Of a stretch of 64,000 bases of DNA, positions 1 to 11,220 are shown in pieces; the stretch's first letter is position 1; the number at the start of each line of letters is the position of its first letter. The stretch spans positions 1-64,000 of the forward strand of contig NIVC01001261.1 of NCBI GenBank assembly GCA_002269645.1, read 5' to 3'. The DNA comes from Macrostomum lignano (lineage: Eukaryota). The notes beneath the pieces were generated by a model. It had not been told where the DNA came from, ran no database searches, and worked only from the letters and a program-made list of their open reading frames with translations. Both the position numbers and the translations under genes were made by a program.

Positions 1-964
1 TTTTCTCGGCAGATTGTCTGTGGTAAAACCTCATTTTGTCAGCAGGCTATTTGCGTTCCAGCAGCATCTAGGGATGCGGCAGGTGTCACGTTGAAACTCC
101 TTAGGTCACTGAGAAGCAAATGGGAGCTAAGCTCGGAGCCCTTACCGGCCCTACCGTTAACAACCGAGATGCTCCCGCGGCTAAGGGTCCAGCTAAAGGC
201 CGAGCCGAAGGTCCATCAGCGCGGTGCTATATTGGGTTCCTTAAGAGAGACAAGGAGGCTGCCCCCGCAGCCTGCGGACTGGCCGCATACCCTGTTAAGG
301 TCAGAGGGTGATACTTGTTCCTCAGAGCCGTCGCCAGAGGTACCTGATCACGCACAGGTCACGGATGGGCTGCCTTGAACACACGCGGGACGTGCCCCTG
401 GGTCGGCCTGTAAGTCCCGCAGCAGAATAGAAGGGGTGCAGGTGTGTATGATTGCAGACCTTGGCTCGTAAGCCTGGTCTGTCTCATGCTACACAGGCGT
501 GCCGAGAAAGCGTTACGCAGGGGTCACTTATTCCTCAGTCTCCAGTAGTGCTGATTGTCAAAATTTGATTTAGCCATCCTTCATCATAAATCAGCCTTCA
601 GTGCAATACAGAACAACGTTCATGCTTGTAGGAAATTTGCAGGAGGGCTGTGGATACCCGCTGACTCCTGAGCACACACAAGCGTGCCGAAACTGTACAC
701 AGAAACACACTTGTACACCCGCTCACACAGGGTGCGCAGCGGCCCTGACGAGCGCACTTCTAAGCTTATTCCTGCTTGATTTTGCGGGCAAGACTGCTTA
801 AGAAATGGCCCATTCTCTGCCCGATATCGGGCTGGGCCATAGACGAAGCCGAAACGATTGTATTGTATTGCAACATTACAAAGAGGACAACAGTAACGAT
901 TTAATATAGTTTTGTGGTGCAACCCACGCCGTCGTTACAGTACATGGCGTTCAGAGGTACTCAC

Positions 965-1339
965 TTATAGGAAAAATAGAACACGGGATTCAGGAAGATT
1001 CTCGGTGCGCAAAAACTTCTTGAATTTCTCCACACACTGTCTTGTTTTTGCTTCGGTAGAGACGACGCGTGAGGCATTCTCCACATCCAAAATGGCGCTC
1101 ACTTCATCACTTGTTAGCTCCCGGAGTTGATTGTCGTTGCTCGCTTCAGCAGAAAGATCGTTTACTAGATCATCCAACAGGCCGTTGTCGAGCGCCTTGC
1201 TGACTCCAATTCCAGGCACAGGCAAGCCAGTGTACTGATTGAACATTCGCCCACGGCCACGGAGTTGGCATACAAAGTCGATTTCTTCACGCTGCAACCC
1301 AGAAATCTCGCCTCCTTCTATACAGGAGTAGTCTATCAT
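965..1339 (-). mobile_element. Possible N-terminal fragment of a Crypton-type (DUF3504-associated) tyrosine recombinase protein
   Basis: LRELTSDEVSAILDVENASRVVSTEAKTRQCVEKFKKFLRTENL resembles, from memory, the helix pattern (xLSEEELxxL...NTKxKTxxxVxxFxxFL) that opens CryptonA/DUF3504 proteins. No catalytic domain is visible; the ORF stops at 965, just before a GTGAGT. Confidence 0.35.
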
Positions 1340-2729
1340 GTTCTCAGAACGCTCGGGTCAGGAGTTAATGGAATTCAGTTTTAATAAAAAGTTAGACTAA
1401 TTACGAGCTTATTACTTTGTCAGTCGCTCTTTTAGGCTCAGAGCTAAAATGAAATACAGTTTGCATTTTGTGCCATAGACAAATTCCATTTTCTTGCGGG
1501 CCGAGAATCAGGACTTGCACTGAACTTAGACTGAAGCAAATGCAGTTTGACTCGCGGCCGAAGAATGTCGTTTCTCGGCCCGCCCGCAAAATCAAGAAGG
1601 AATACAAATCCAGCAGGTTATCTAGGGCAAAAAGTCGGAAATCCTCGTGCCGCTCCGCGCGCCCTCGGATTCTCCTCCTTTCTGCCCTAGAAAGCCTGAA
1701 GGATTTATATACTCTGCATCGTGGGAGGGAAGCACGGATGGGAGAAGCCAACCTCAGGAGGGATTTCGCCGAGGACGAGCCGGCACCATGACCCTCATTG
1801 ACACAAATTTTATTGACGATCCACGCGTCCTGTACCTGACTCCTAGCCAGGCCATGCGCCTTCCATCCTCGGCTTTCCGCGAGCGCTTCTGCTCTAGAGC
1901 TCTTTTGAGTCCTCTGCGTCGTTACCTACTACAAAACTAGCGTAGGAGGAGGCTGGCCACACCTGGGTGATTACCAAAGACCCGGATTTCTATGCAGCAA
2001 CAAGCATGCAATTCAGCCAGCTCAGCCACAACTGCCTGCTTGCAGCGGTAGACAATGGCTGCATAATGAAGCCAATATTCCAGAAAAAAGTCCCTATCGA
2101 CTATCATGTCTGTAGAATTAATGAATTCCTCTCGTGTCTTCTCATTTTTGAGAAATTCAATTCTCCAACTCCGAGCAGCAGATTCAATTACCCCCGAGGA
2201 GGCGCTGACATCGGACCCCGTCCTTGAGGATATTGTAAATATCCCCGAGACAGGCCAGCATAGGGAAGTCAAACTGTCCTTTTTCCAGCTGCAAGGCCTA
2301 AGGAAACCGAAGCGGAAAGAAGAGGCGAGTGAAACACAAATTTCCCCTTCAGACGCAGGCAGCGCCGGGGCGGCCCGTTATTTAAGAACCGGAGGCGCGC
2401 ACGCTGGGAAAAGTCAGCCAGAAGCTGAACGGGCCAACGTGCAAAGAGGAGAAACAGGCCGAATGCTATTCGTGTTTATCCCCGGGGCTGAACAGGGAAT
2501 TTAATCTAATGCATCGGGCCATTGTTTGTGCACCTGCGCGGCTCCCCCCCATCACTACGCTGGTAATCCTTGCCCAGCGAGTGGGATCCATTAAATTCAT
2601 TATTTTTGTTGCAGGGACATTTGCCTCAGCTCTGCCTGTTTCTCGAATGCTCTGCTTCCCACCTCAGATCCCTTCACCTTTCTCCCTGCATCCGACTTCT
2701 AATCTACCTTAATTGCTCCCGCTCATTCT

Positions 2730-3450
2730 CCCTTCTACATCCTCTCCTTCTCCCTACTCTACTTCCTCTCCTTCTCGCTACTCTAATTCGTCTCCTTCTC
2801 CCTACTCTACTGCCCCCCTCTCCTTCTCCCTACTCTACTTCCTCTCCTTCTCCCTACTCTACTTCGTCTCCTTCTCCCTACTCTACTTCGTCTCCTTCTC
2901 CCTACTCTATTTCCTCTCCTTCTCCCTACTCTATTTCCTCTCCTTCACCCTACTCTACTTCCTCTCCTTCTCCCTACTCTACTTCCTCTCCTTCTCCCTA
3001 CTTTACTTCCTCTCCTTCTCCCTACTCTACTTCCTCTCCTTCTCCCTACTCTACTTCCTCTCCTTCTCCCTACTCTACTTCCTCTCCTTCTCCCTACTCT
3101 ACTTCCTCTCCTTCTCCCTACTCTACTTCCTCTCCTTCTCCCTACTCTACTTCCTCTCCTTCTCCCTACTCTACTTGCTCTCCTTCTCCCTACTCTACTT
3201 CCTCTCCTTCACCCTACTCTACTGCCCCCCTCTCCTTCTCCCTACTCTACTTCCTCTCCTTCACCCTACTCTACTTCCTCTCCTTCTCCCTACTCTACTT
3301 CCTCTCCTTCTCCCTACTCTACTTCCGCTCCCTCTCCTTCTCCCTACTCTACTTCACCTCCCTCTCCTTCTCCATACTCTCCTTCACCCCTCTCCATCTC
3401 TCTTCTCTCCTTCCCCTCCCTCTCCTCCCTACTCTACTCCCTCTTCCTCT
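2730..3450. repeat. 24-bp pyrimidine-rich minisatellite (CTTCCTCTCCTTCTCCCTACTCTA)n
   Basis: About 28 tandem units are visible; they give the SSPSPYST and LLYFLSFS periodicity in the ORF track. Confidence 0.95.
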
Positions 3451-4133
3451 CTCCCACGCAACTGTTTTCTCTCCCAAATCATCATATTTATTGATAGCAT
3501 TTTACCATCTCTGGCGCCCATCATTTCCCTCTCCCTTTTTCACATTTTGTCGCTCAGATTTAATTAGCCAATTCGTGAAATTATTATTTCAAAAAATTTT
3601 CCTAGTAGTCAGAATTACAATTCAATTTGAGCTTTTTGATATGCATGCACTCAGCAGCATGTTTATGGAGTTTCCACATGATAAACGTTTGTTCAGTTTT
3701 CAGCCCGAAGTGACGCCAGGCTTCGGGGTGGACTCTTACATCTTACTCGTAAACTCTTAAGGTTTAGAGGCACTCCAACAGCAATTTAGGCTATTCTCGT
3801 AACTCACCTGAAGCATATAATTAGCTAATTACTCTACTAAGACGTCCCTAAGGAAGTATTTAGCCTGACAAGAGCAGCAACGCGGAGTCAGGTGATCAAA
3901 AGGAGGCAGAATCCAGTTCTGACTGCGAGTTCTGTTAATTGGTAAGGAGAGCGACACCAGATCAGATTTGTTTACTCAGATCTTTTTGAGTCCAGGATTT
4001 GCTACGGAAGTAACGCTCGCTGCTCTCAAAGCTTTCTTGCAGACTGGCACACAGGATGCGCGCTCGCCCTCACGCTTCTCTTGCACTGCCCACTCTCTCA
4101 CCCCTCAGCCTTCTTCTCACTTCTCTTTGTGAG

Positions 4134-4346
4134 ACTTATCTCCCTCTGTACTTTTCTCACTGTTTGCTTATCTCACTCTGTACTTATCTCCCTCTGTACT
4201 TATCTCACTCTGTACTTATCTCACTCTGTACTTATCCCACTCTGTACTTATCTCACTCTGTACTTATCTCACTCTGTACTTATCCCACTCTGTACTTATC
4301 TCACTCTGTACTTATCTCACTCTGTACTTATCCCACTCTGTACTTC
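4134..4346. repeat. 16-bp minisatellite (TCTGTACTTATCTCAC)n
   Basis: Tandem units visible directly. Confidence 0.9.
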
Positions 4347-4380
4347 TTTCTCCCAACACAATTTCATTTTCTCTATTATC

Positions 4381-4710
4381 TATTCTATTCTATTCTATTC
4401 TATTCTATTCTATTCTATTCTATTCTATTATATTCTATTCTATTCTATTCTATTCTATTCTATTCTATTCTATTCTATTCTATTCTATTCTATTCTATTC
4501 TATTCTATTCTATTCTATTCTATTCTATTCTATTCTATTCTATTCTATTCTATTCTATTCTATTCTATTCTATTCTATTCTATTCTATTCTATTCTATTC
4601 TATTCTATTCTATTCTATTCTATTCTATTCTATTCTATTCTATTCTATTCTATTCTATTCTATTCTATTCTATTCTATTCTATTCTATTCTATTCTATTC
4701 TATTCTATTC
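4381..4710. repeat. (TATTC)n pentanucleotide microsatellite
   Basis: Near-perfect run of about 66 units. Confidence 0.98.
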
Positions 4711-5290
4711 CCTTCTCCCATCCTCGAACTCGAAAATCGAAAACTTTTTCCAATATGCAGCTGCACCATCTAAAATACACATGGAGGGGGTCGGGAGAGA
4801 GGGGCATATCGAACATGCAATAGCCCTTAGGCCTAATTAAACCGGAGGGGATAGCGAAGGAAAGCACGATAATGCGACGGGTACAAGGGGGATATTGGGA
4901 GTGCAAAATCCAATCTCGCTGACAAGAGAGAATCTCTGACTCTCTGCGACTCAAAGCTCACAAGCGACATGGAGAAGCGGATTCAGGGTCGACAGCATCA
5001 GTGGGGGAGCTGATTTATGCACGCCGTCACAGCATTTGCATTCCAAGTAGAGATGAAGGCGCCGAACAGACTTGAGCCATAAAAGTTCACAGTCTGCACA
5101 AGCTACTGTTCTCAGCTTTATAATTTATTCTTGAACTCCGGATGCGAGCAGAGTCTGGTCTGTTTTTGCTCTGGCGAATTTCCGGAAAAGTAACTTCCCT
5201 TGGCAAAGAGTTGGGGAAAATAAGAACTGAGCGATACTTTGCCTTCATGCCATGTTCTCCGCCTTTACCCTGCCCGCTGTAGGTCACCTC

Positions 5291-5775
5291 AGTACCCTCC
5301 GCCCTACCCGCCCGGGGATCACCGCTACCCTCCGCCCTACCCGCCCGGTGATCACTGAGCTACCCTCCGCCCTACCCGCCCGGTGATCACTGAGCTACCC
5401 TCCGCCTTACCCGCCCGGGGATCACTGAGCTACCCTCCGCCCTACCCGCCCCGGGATCACCACTACCCTCCACTCTACTCGCCCGGGGATCACCACTACC
5501 CTCCACTCTACCCGCCCGGGGATCACCACTACCCTCCACTTTACCCGCCCGGGGATCACCACTACCCTCCACTCTACCCCCCGGGGATCACTGAGCTACC
5601 CTCCACCCTACCCGCCCGGGGATCACCACTACCCTCCACTTTACCCGCCCGGGGATCACCGCTACCCTCCACCCTACCCGCCCGGGGATCACTGAGCTAC
5701 CCTCTACTTTACCCGCCCGGGGATCACCACTACCCTCCACTCTACCCCCCGGGGATCACTGAGCTACCCTCCACC
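5291..5775. repeat. ~33-bp GC-rich minisatellite (CTACCCTCCACTCTACCCGCCCGGGGATCACCA)n
   Basis: Tandem units with variants; PPGDHHYPPLY periodicity. Confidence 0.92.
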
Positions 5776-5965
5776 CTGCTGTGGGTCACCTCTAGCCTCC
5801 ACCCTGCTGTGGGTCACCGCTAGCCTCTGCCCTGCTGTGGGTCACCGCTAGCCTCTACCCTGCTGTGGGTCACCTCTAGCCTCCACCCTGCTGTGGGTCA
5901 CCGCTAGCCTCTACCCTGCTGTGGGTCACCTCTAGCCTCCACCCTGCTGTGGGCCACCGCTACCC
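5776..5965. repeat. 28-bp minisatellite (CTAGCCTCCACCCTGCTGTGGGTCACCG)n, related to the adjacent 33-bp array
   Basis: About 7 units; shares CCTCCACCCT and TCACC with the upstream array. Confidence 0.9.
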
Positions 5966-6490
5966 TCCTTGGTGTCGGGTGGATCACGGCAAAAAAGTCA
6001 ATACTAATTTCGTGTTTCTAATAATTTCCGTTTGCCAAAAAAGTAATTCCCAGCAGACGGAAACCCGCGATGCAAATTAATAACACGGATTTTCGTTATT
6101 CCTTTAACCAGAAGACATGACAGTCTAGGGAGTTTTGTCTGCCGCACGGACCGAGAGATATTGACAATGATGGAGTGAGTCGATGCATAGTAGTTCTCGA
6201 ATACTCTACATATTCCCCAGCCTCCTGTACTCTGCGGGGATTTGAACTGAGGATTTCATGGCTACTCCCATCCCCGATCCCTCGTGGGAGCGAATCCCAC
6301 GCAGCCCCAGTCCCCGAGATTGGACAGCTAGTTGCGAGCGAATCAGCCTACCACTCGCTCTGGACTCAAGCGATGGCCAGAGATAAGATTCAAAAGTGAG
6401 CGCCCCCACGGCCCGCATCCTGCCTGCCACCCACGCCGAATACTTCAAAGACTCAGAGAAAAAAACAGACGAAAAAAGTCGCTCCAAAAG

Positions 6491-7903
6491 ATGCCGGTAA
6501 CCGCTGCCAGTTTGATGAACGGCGGCAATTCAACGGTAGACGTCGACAGTGACGCGGCCAAAGAGGCGGCCGCACTGGAGCTGCTGGCCGCGGTGTACAA
6601 GTACCTGTTCGCCTGGCTAGTCCCGCTGCTGTACGTGTCCGGCTGCGCGGGCACGATCGTGTGCGTCACCGTGCTGCTCCGGCGCGGCAGCACGCAGAAG
6701 GAGGCCCGGCCCTGGTTCATCGCGCTCAGCCTTACCGACCTGTGCGTACTGTCAGTGGGCCTGCCAATCATGTACCTGAACATTGTGCGAGCCATTGTCA
6801 AAGCCGAATTGTCGCCGACTGCCACGGTTGGCAGCTACGATCCTCGAAGCTGGAACGCGCCGGCCTGCTACGGCCTGACCATCCTGCAGTACTATGGCCT
6901 CATCGCCTCCAGCTGGGTGCAGGTGGGCATCAGCCTCACCAGATGTCTGAGCGCCGTGATGCCGCTGGCCTGCCGACGCCGGCTGAACTACGCCGCCTCC
7001 AAGCGGGCCCTGGCGGTGACGCTGGCCGTGCCAATCGTGCTGGCAGTGGCGGCCGTCACCAGTTCCGTCAAGTACTACGAGCGCAGCGAAGCAAACAACG
7101 GCACTGGCGGCGGCGGCGGTAGCGGCGGCGTGTGCGCTCAGAAATGGAAGTCGCCCTACTATTTCTACAGCACCCTGGTTCTCAGGGTGTTCTTCCCGGC
7201 CGTGTGCCTGGCGGTCAGCTCGGCGGGAATCATGTACAGCCTGCACCGGTTCAAGCGCACCTTCCCGACCGACCAGGCTCGCCTGAGCCAGCAGCAGCGG
7301 CGGATTTCTATCGCCCTGATCGGCATGAACTCCACCTTCCTGCTGTTCGCGCTGCCCTACGAGCTCTACTTGATCTACGCTACGGAGCGCCGCGCCGATC
7401 TGCAGCGCGGAGGTCCGGCGCACGCCGCTGCACTGAAAATAGCCGAACGAGTGTTCGCCGTGCTCATGTACACGAACAACGCCACCAATTGGATATTTTA
7501 CTTCGTGCTCGGTCACCGATTCCGCCAGGAGCTGCAGCGCAGACTGTTCGTTTGCTGCTCGACCCCGGCCAGCTCGGGCAAGGCGGTGGCGCAGTACAAG
7601 TTCCGTCCGGAGCGAGCCCCGCTGCCGGTAACGCCCCCGCTCACGCCGCCTCCGATACAGCATCGGGCGCCTCGGCAGCCGCCGCCGCCGCCGTCCCTGG
7701 AGGCGATCGACTATGACGACAGTGACGAAATTGTCGGAGCGGCTTCGGAGGAGCTGCGCCCTCTGCGGGGTCCGCGCTCAGTTGGAGACCAGCGCTGGAC
7801 TACGTCCGGCTGCGACAGTGGCGGCAGCGGCAGCAGCGCCTCCCGAAGGCGACGCGAGAGAAAGTACCGCGACTGCGTCGGGTACCGGCTCACCTCAGTG
7901 TAA
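6491..7903 (+). CDS. Intronless class A (rhodopsin-like) GPCR, FMRFamide/peptide-receptor-like, 470 aa
   Basis: Seven hydrophobic segments. TM2 LSLTDL; TM3 opens with Cys (ACYGL) and ends SLTRCLSAVMP; ECL2 Cys (VCAQKW); TM5 FFP; TM6 FLLFALP; TM7/H8 NNATNWIFYFVLGHRFRQEL. GC3-rich codons. ATG at 6491 preferred over the GTG-initiated ORF start at 6332. Confidence 0.93.
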   Translation: MPVTAASLMNGGNSTVDVDSDAAKEAAALELLAAVYKYLFAWLVPLLYVSGCAGTIVCVTVLLRRGSTQKEARPWFIALSLTDLCVLSVGLPIMYLNIVRAIVKAELSPTATVGSYDPRSWNAPACYGLTILQYYGLIASSWVQVGISLTRCLSAVMPLACRRRLNYAASKRALAVTLAVPIVLAVAAVTSSVKYYERSEANNGTGGGGGSGGVCAQKWKSPYYFYSTLVLRVFFPAVCLAVSSAGIMYSLHRFKRTFPTDQARLSQQQRRISIALIGMNSTFLLFALPYELYLIYATERRADLQRGGPAHAAALKIAERVFAVLMYTNNATNWIFYFVLGHRFRQELQRRLFVCCSTPASSGKAVAQYKFRPERAPLPVTPPLTPPPIQHRAPRQPPPPPSLEAIDYDDSDEIVGAASEELRPLRGPRSVGDQRWTTSGCDSGGSGSSASRRRRERKYRDCVGYRLTSV

Positions 7904-8545
7904 GGACTCAAACCAAAGAATCGCTTCTTCACTTCGAGACTCTCACCGCCATTCCTCGCCATTCTTCCATTAAGACTGAGATGCTACTCTATCTGCTTCG
8001 TTGTAAATACTCAAGTATGGAGCAAATAATGTTATACTTAAGAAACATACTATATTCGAAGTCACGATTTTTTTAGCTGTTGATTACTTATTCAATACTA
8101 GACTCGTTTATAAAGTATTAATCAAATTTTGTAAAATCTAATCATCTTTTTTGATCGTTTGTTTCTGCGCCTAATGTTACCTCCTGGTGAGAAATTTTCA
8201 TTAAAACTCCTCGAAACCGTTAGATATTGAATTGGGGAGTTTTCGTCCCCACTACAGGTAATTTTTTCCGACCTCATGTAATTTCCTCCCCAGTAGCCCT
8301 AAGGCTAATTAGGTCTATGCTAAATTCACACAAAAATATATAAAAATTCCTGCTATTCGGTTTGTTGCAATCTCCACAACATGCAGATCTCTCGTAGCAT
8401 CTCAAACCTTTTTCAAAATATTTACCGAGGCGAGCTAACCTGCCAGGAATAAAAGAAGGAAAAGTACACAGCAAAAACAAACTTTAAAGCTCCAAAGCTT
8501 TCAGATTGGAAGTTTGCAGATATCCCTGCGCAGCACTGCAGAATT

Positions 8546-8607
8546 CAGGGGCTATACCATCTGGCCCGGAACCGCGCCGGGTCATCGCTGCCTAATCCCG
8601 CCCCTAG
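8546..8607. mobile_element. Tiny hairpin/MITE-like element
   Basis: AGGGGC...GCCCCT termini with an internal TGGCCCGG/CCGGGTCA stem; no TSD seen. Confidence 0.25.
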
Positions 8608-9062
8608 ATGAAGCTGACTCGCTGCTGGATCTCTGATAAAAGCCTGGCAAACACATGATAACAGGCCTTCAAGAATTTCTGGCAATAAAGAAGACTTATA
8701 GCACGCCAAAGTTATGGAAAAATTTATGCAAGACTCTAATTGGTGCTTTGGCACGAGATAATCAACTTTTCACACCTTCTGAAACTCTCAAAGAGCACAC
8801 GTAAAAGAGGCATTTTTCAAAATTCAAGAAAGAAATAATCAAAATTCAAATTAGTTTTTGATAACGCGTTATAATCTCTTTTATTGAGACTTTCATAATA
8901 GTATCATTTTATTTGTTTAACTGTTTGACATTTGAGTCGCCATTAAATCGAATACATTCTGGATTTAAATTCAACTTCTCGTATGAGGTCGGAAGATGAG
9001 GTTCGTCACCCCTCCCTTGTGACCCGTTGTGGAAATCAATATTTTTGCTTCAGGGCGTAAAA

Positions 9063-9383
9063 ATGAGTGCCCGCGGCGCCAAAAGGAGTGGCCGCGGCGC
9101 CAAAATGAGTGCCCGTGGCGCCAAAATGAGTGCCTGCGGCGCCAAAATGAGTGCCTGCAGCGCCAAAATGAGTACCTGCGGCGCCAAAATGAGTGCCTGC
9201 AGCGCCAAAAGGAGTGCCTGCAGCGCCAAAATGAGTGCCTGCGGCGCTAAAATGAGTGCCTGCGGCGCCAAAATGAGTGCCTGCGGCGCTAAAATGAGTG
9301 CCTGCAGCGCCAAAACGAGTGCCCGCGGCGCCAAAAGGAGTGCCCGCGGCGCCAAAATGAGTGCCTGAGGCGCCAAAATGAGT
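9063..9383. repeat. 21-bp minisatellite (ATGAGTGCCTGCGGCGCCAAA)n
   Basis: About 15 units. A MITE-like end (reverse complement CAGGGGCGTCATCATGG) lies at 9419-9435, with no matching second end found. Confidence 0.93.
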
Positions 9384-11016
9384 AAATGTAGAATTCTTGG
9401 CTTTTCCCCCACCATCATCCATGATGACGCCCCTGCCAGTAATAAGCTCATGCTTATACAACAGAAGTCATTGGATAATTCAAAGTGTTTTACAAGCTTC
9501 CTCCAATTTCACTATTGACAGTTATTGGATAAAAGTTGGGGATTTTGGTTGATGGTTGCTTTGCTTTGAGCATAGATTAAAACTTGAGCACCCTGACTGA
9601 AGCGCTTTGGTCGGCAGCAAAGCAAAAAGGTTGCTCCGATTAGCAACCTGCTTTCTCATTGAAGTTATTTTTTCACCCCAAAGAGATTTCACCGAAAGGG
9701 AAGCAGAGATGATAAAAGCCACTCAACAATGGAAGGAAAAAATGCTTTTTTAGCGCAGCATGCCCCATCAGAAGCTCTTTGATAATGAAAATTGCGTGAG
9801 GCTGTCGTTAGAATAATTATCTCATCTTTTTCAGCAAAAAAAACGCTTATAGAGAAGTCAGGGGTTGGGCTCCCATTGTGTGAGATGAAGGCAGATATCT
9901 AAAAACACATGGCTTTGAAAAAGGAGGATCGTCAGAAACTAGGATCTGGATTGATAGTTTAGCTTGTGGGCGTGGGAGAGATAAAGGATATATATATTAG
10001 TAAGAGATGGGCGATACGCTCAAGAAGCTGAGAGGTTGGAGTTCAAAGGCTAAAAACCACGAGTGCCAAAGATCACTTGTGGTAAAAGGGTTTAAAACTT
10101 CATTCTGGAATTTTTGTTTTTCTCAACGAAAATGGCAGCTTCTCATCGGCTGAAGTTGCAATATACACCCGCGTACTTAAAAAGTTGATTATTTTATTGA
10201 TTTAAGCTAGTTGAAATATAGCTCTTATTTCCTTTCCAATCTTTCTGACCGGAAGCAAGCAAGACTTCTCAGACAATTTAGCTGAGAAAAAACGCATCGA
10301 AGAGATAGGAAAAGCTGCATTTTTACGAGCAAGCCTGCCAGAAAGTACATTTTGCCAAAATCAACGTCCATAGGCTTGCAATAACCGTCTCGGACCGAAC
10401 ACATGCTGGCTTCAAATGGTATTTAGAGTTTTAAAGTCGGAAATTTCCATTTCTATCTTCGGCAAGTGCTCATACACTTACAGGGAGCACTGTGACGTAA
10501 CAGATCCTGGGATCGTAGCCTCGTTTTCTACTGTCTCTGATGGGAACCGAATTTTCGGGCGTGGAACATCAGAAAGTTATAGGGTTTCGATTGATTATAC
10601 CGATATCAATTATTTTAAACTACATCCAATCGCATTAATTATAGAGAGGAGTATAGTTGATCAGACATTCTAATTATACTACTAGCATTGTCAACTTCAA
10701 ATCACGCTATCGAAATGACCTACTCATAGTAGCATTATATAACTGCCATTTAAACACTTTTATAACGAATAAAGGATGCAGTAAATTTCTAAACGACAAG
10801 TTTAAGATTTTCTAATCAATGTCAAGCCACAAAAATCGTGGTCAGAACGTTGAGTTTATATATTGAATCGCACTGAAATGCGAGTTTTAAATTAAAATGA
10901 ACTCAAATTAACTTTGCAAAACTAAAATGCGTCAAGATTAAAGGATTCACTGCTTGGACGATTCGCCTCTTGCGTCCCAAAGAGCTCAGTGAATTAACTC
11001 ATTGATGCTCACTTGT

Positions 11017-11220
11017 TCACGACTCTTCTTCATCCTTAGCTTTGACTTTGCTCTTATAGTTCGCCTTCTCAGCTAAGACTTTCCTACGCATTTCCGTGGT
11101 CTCGAACTTTCTCTGGTCTGTTTGGCGTATCATATGGTCAACCATATCCACTCGCTGATAGAATGGAATCACCCTGGGTGGCGGCTTCCTTGGCGGCAGA
11201 TAGTCGGTGCGTCGCCGCTT
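11017..11220 (-). CDS. TTLL10-like exon 5 (basic/charged C-terminal tail)
   Basis: TTTCAG| acceptor in phase 0; KRRRTDYLPP...KDEEES then TGA. Confidence 0.7.
   Translation of the reverse strand, partial: KRRRTDYLPPRKPPPRVIPFYQRVDMVDHMIRQTDQRKFETTEMRRKVLAEKANYKSKVKAKDEEES

Noticed and set aside
2570-3760. 396-aa ORF with (SPSPYSTS)n resembling the Pol II CTD or an extensin
   Set aside because: It is a translation of a 24-bp repeat; parallel frames are also open, and there is no credible start or domain.
4056-4823. ORFs rich in ILFYS/YLSHSV
   Set aside because: Artefacts of the TATTC and 16-bp repeats.
6332-6490. N-terminal extension of the GPCR ORF
   Set aside because: It starts at GTG and is basic and not receptor-like; ATG 6491 gives a typical N-terminus.
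6661-7973. Alternative-frame and antisense ORFs over the GPCR
   Set aside because: Shadows of GC-rich codon usage.
9027-9461. Cys-rich (MSACGAK)n and antifreeze-like (AAGTHFG)n ORFs
   Set aside because: A 21-bp repeat that is open in several frames on both strands.
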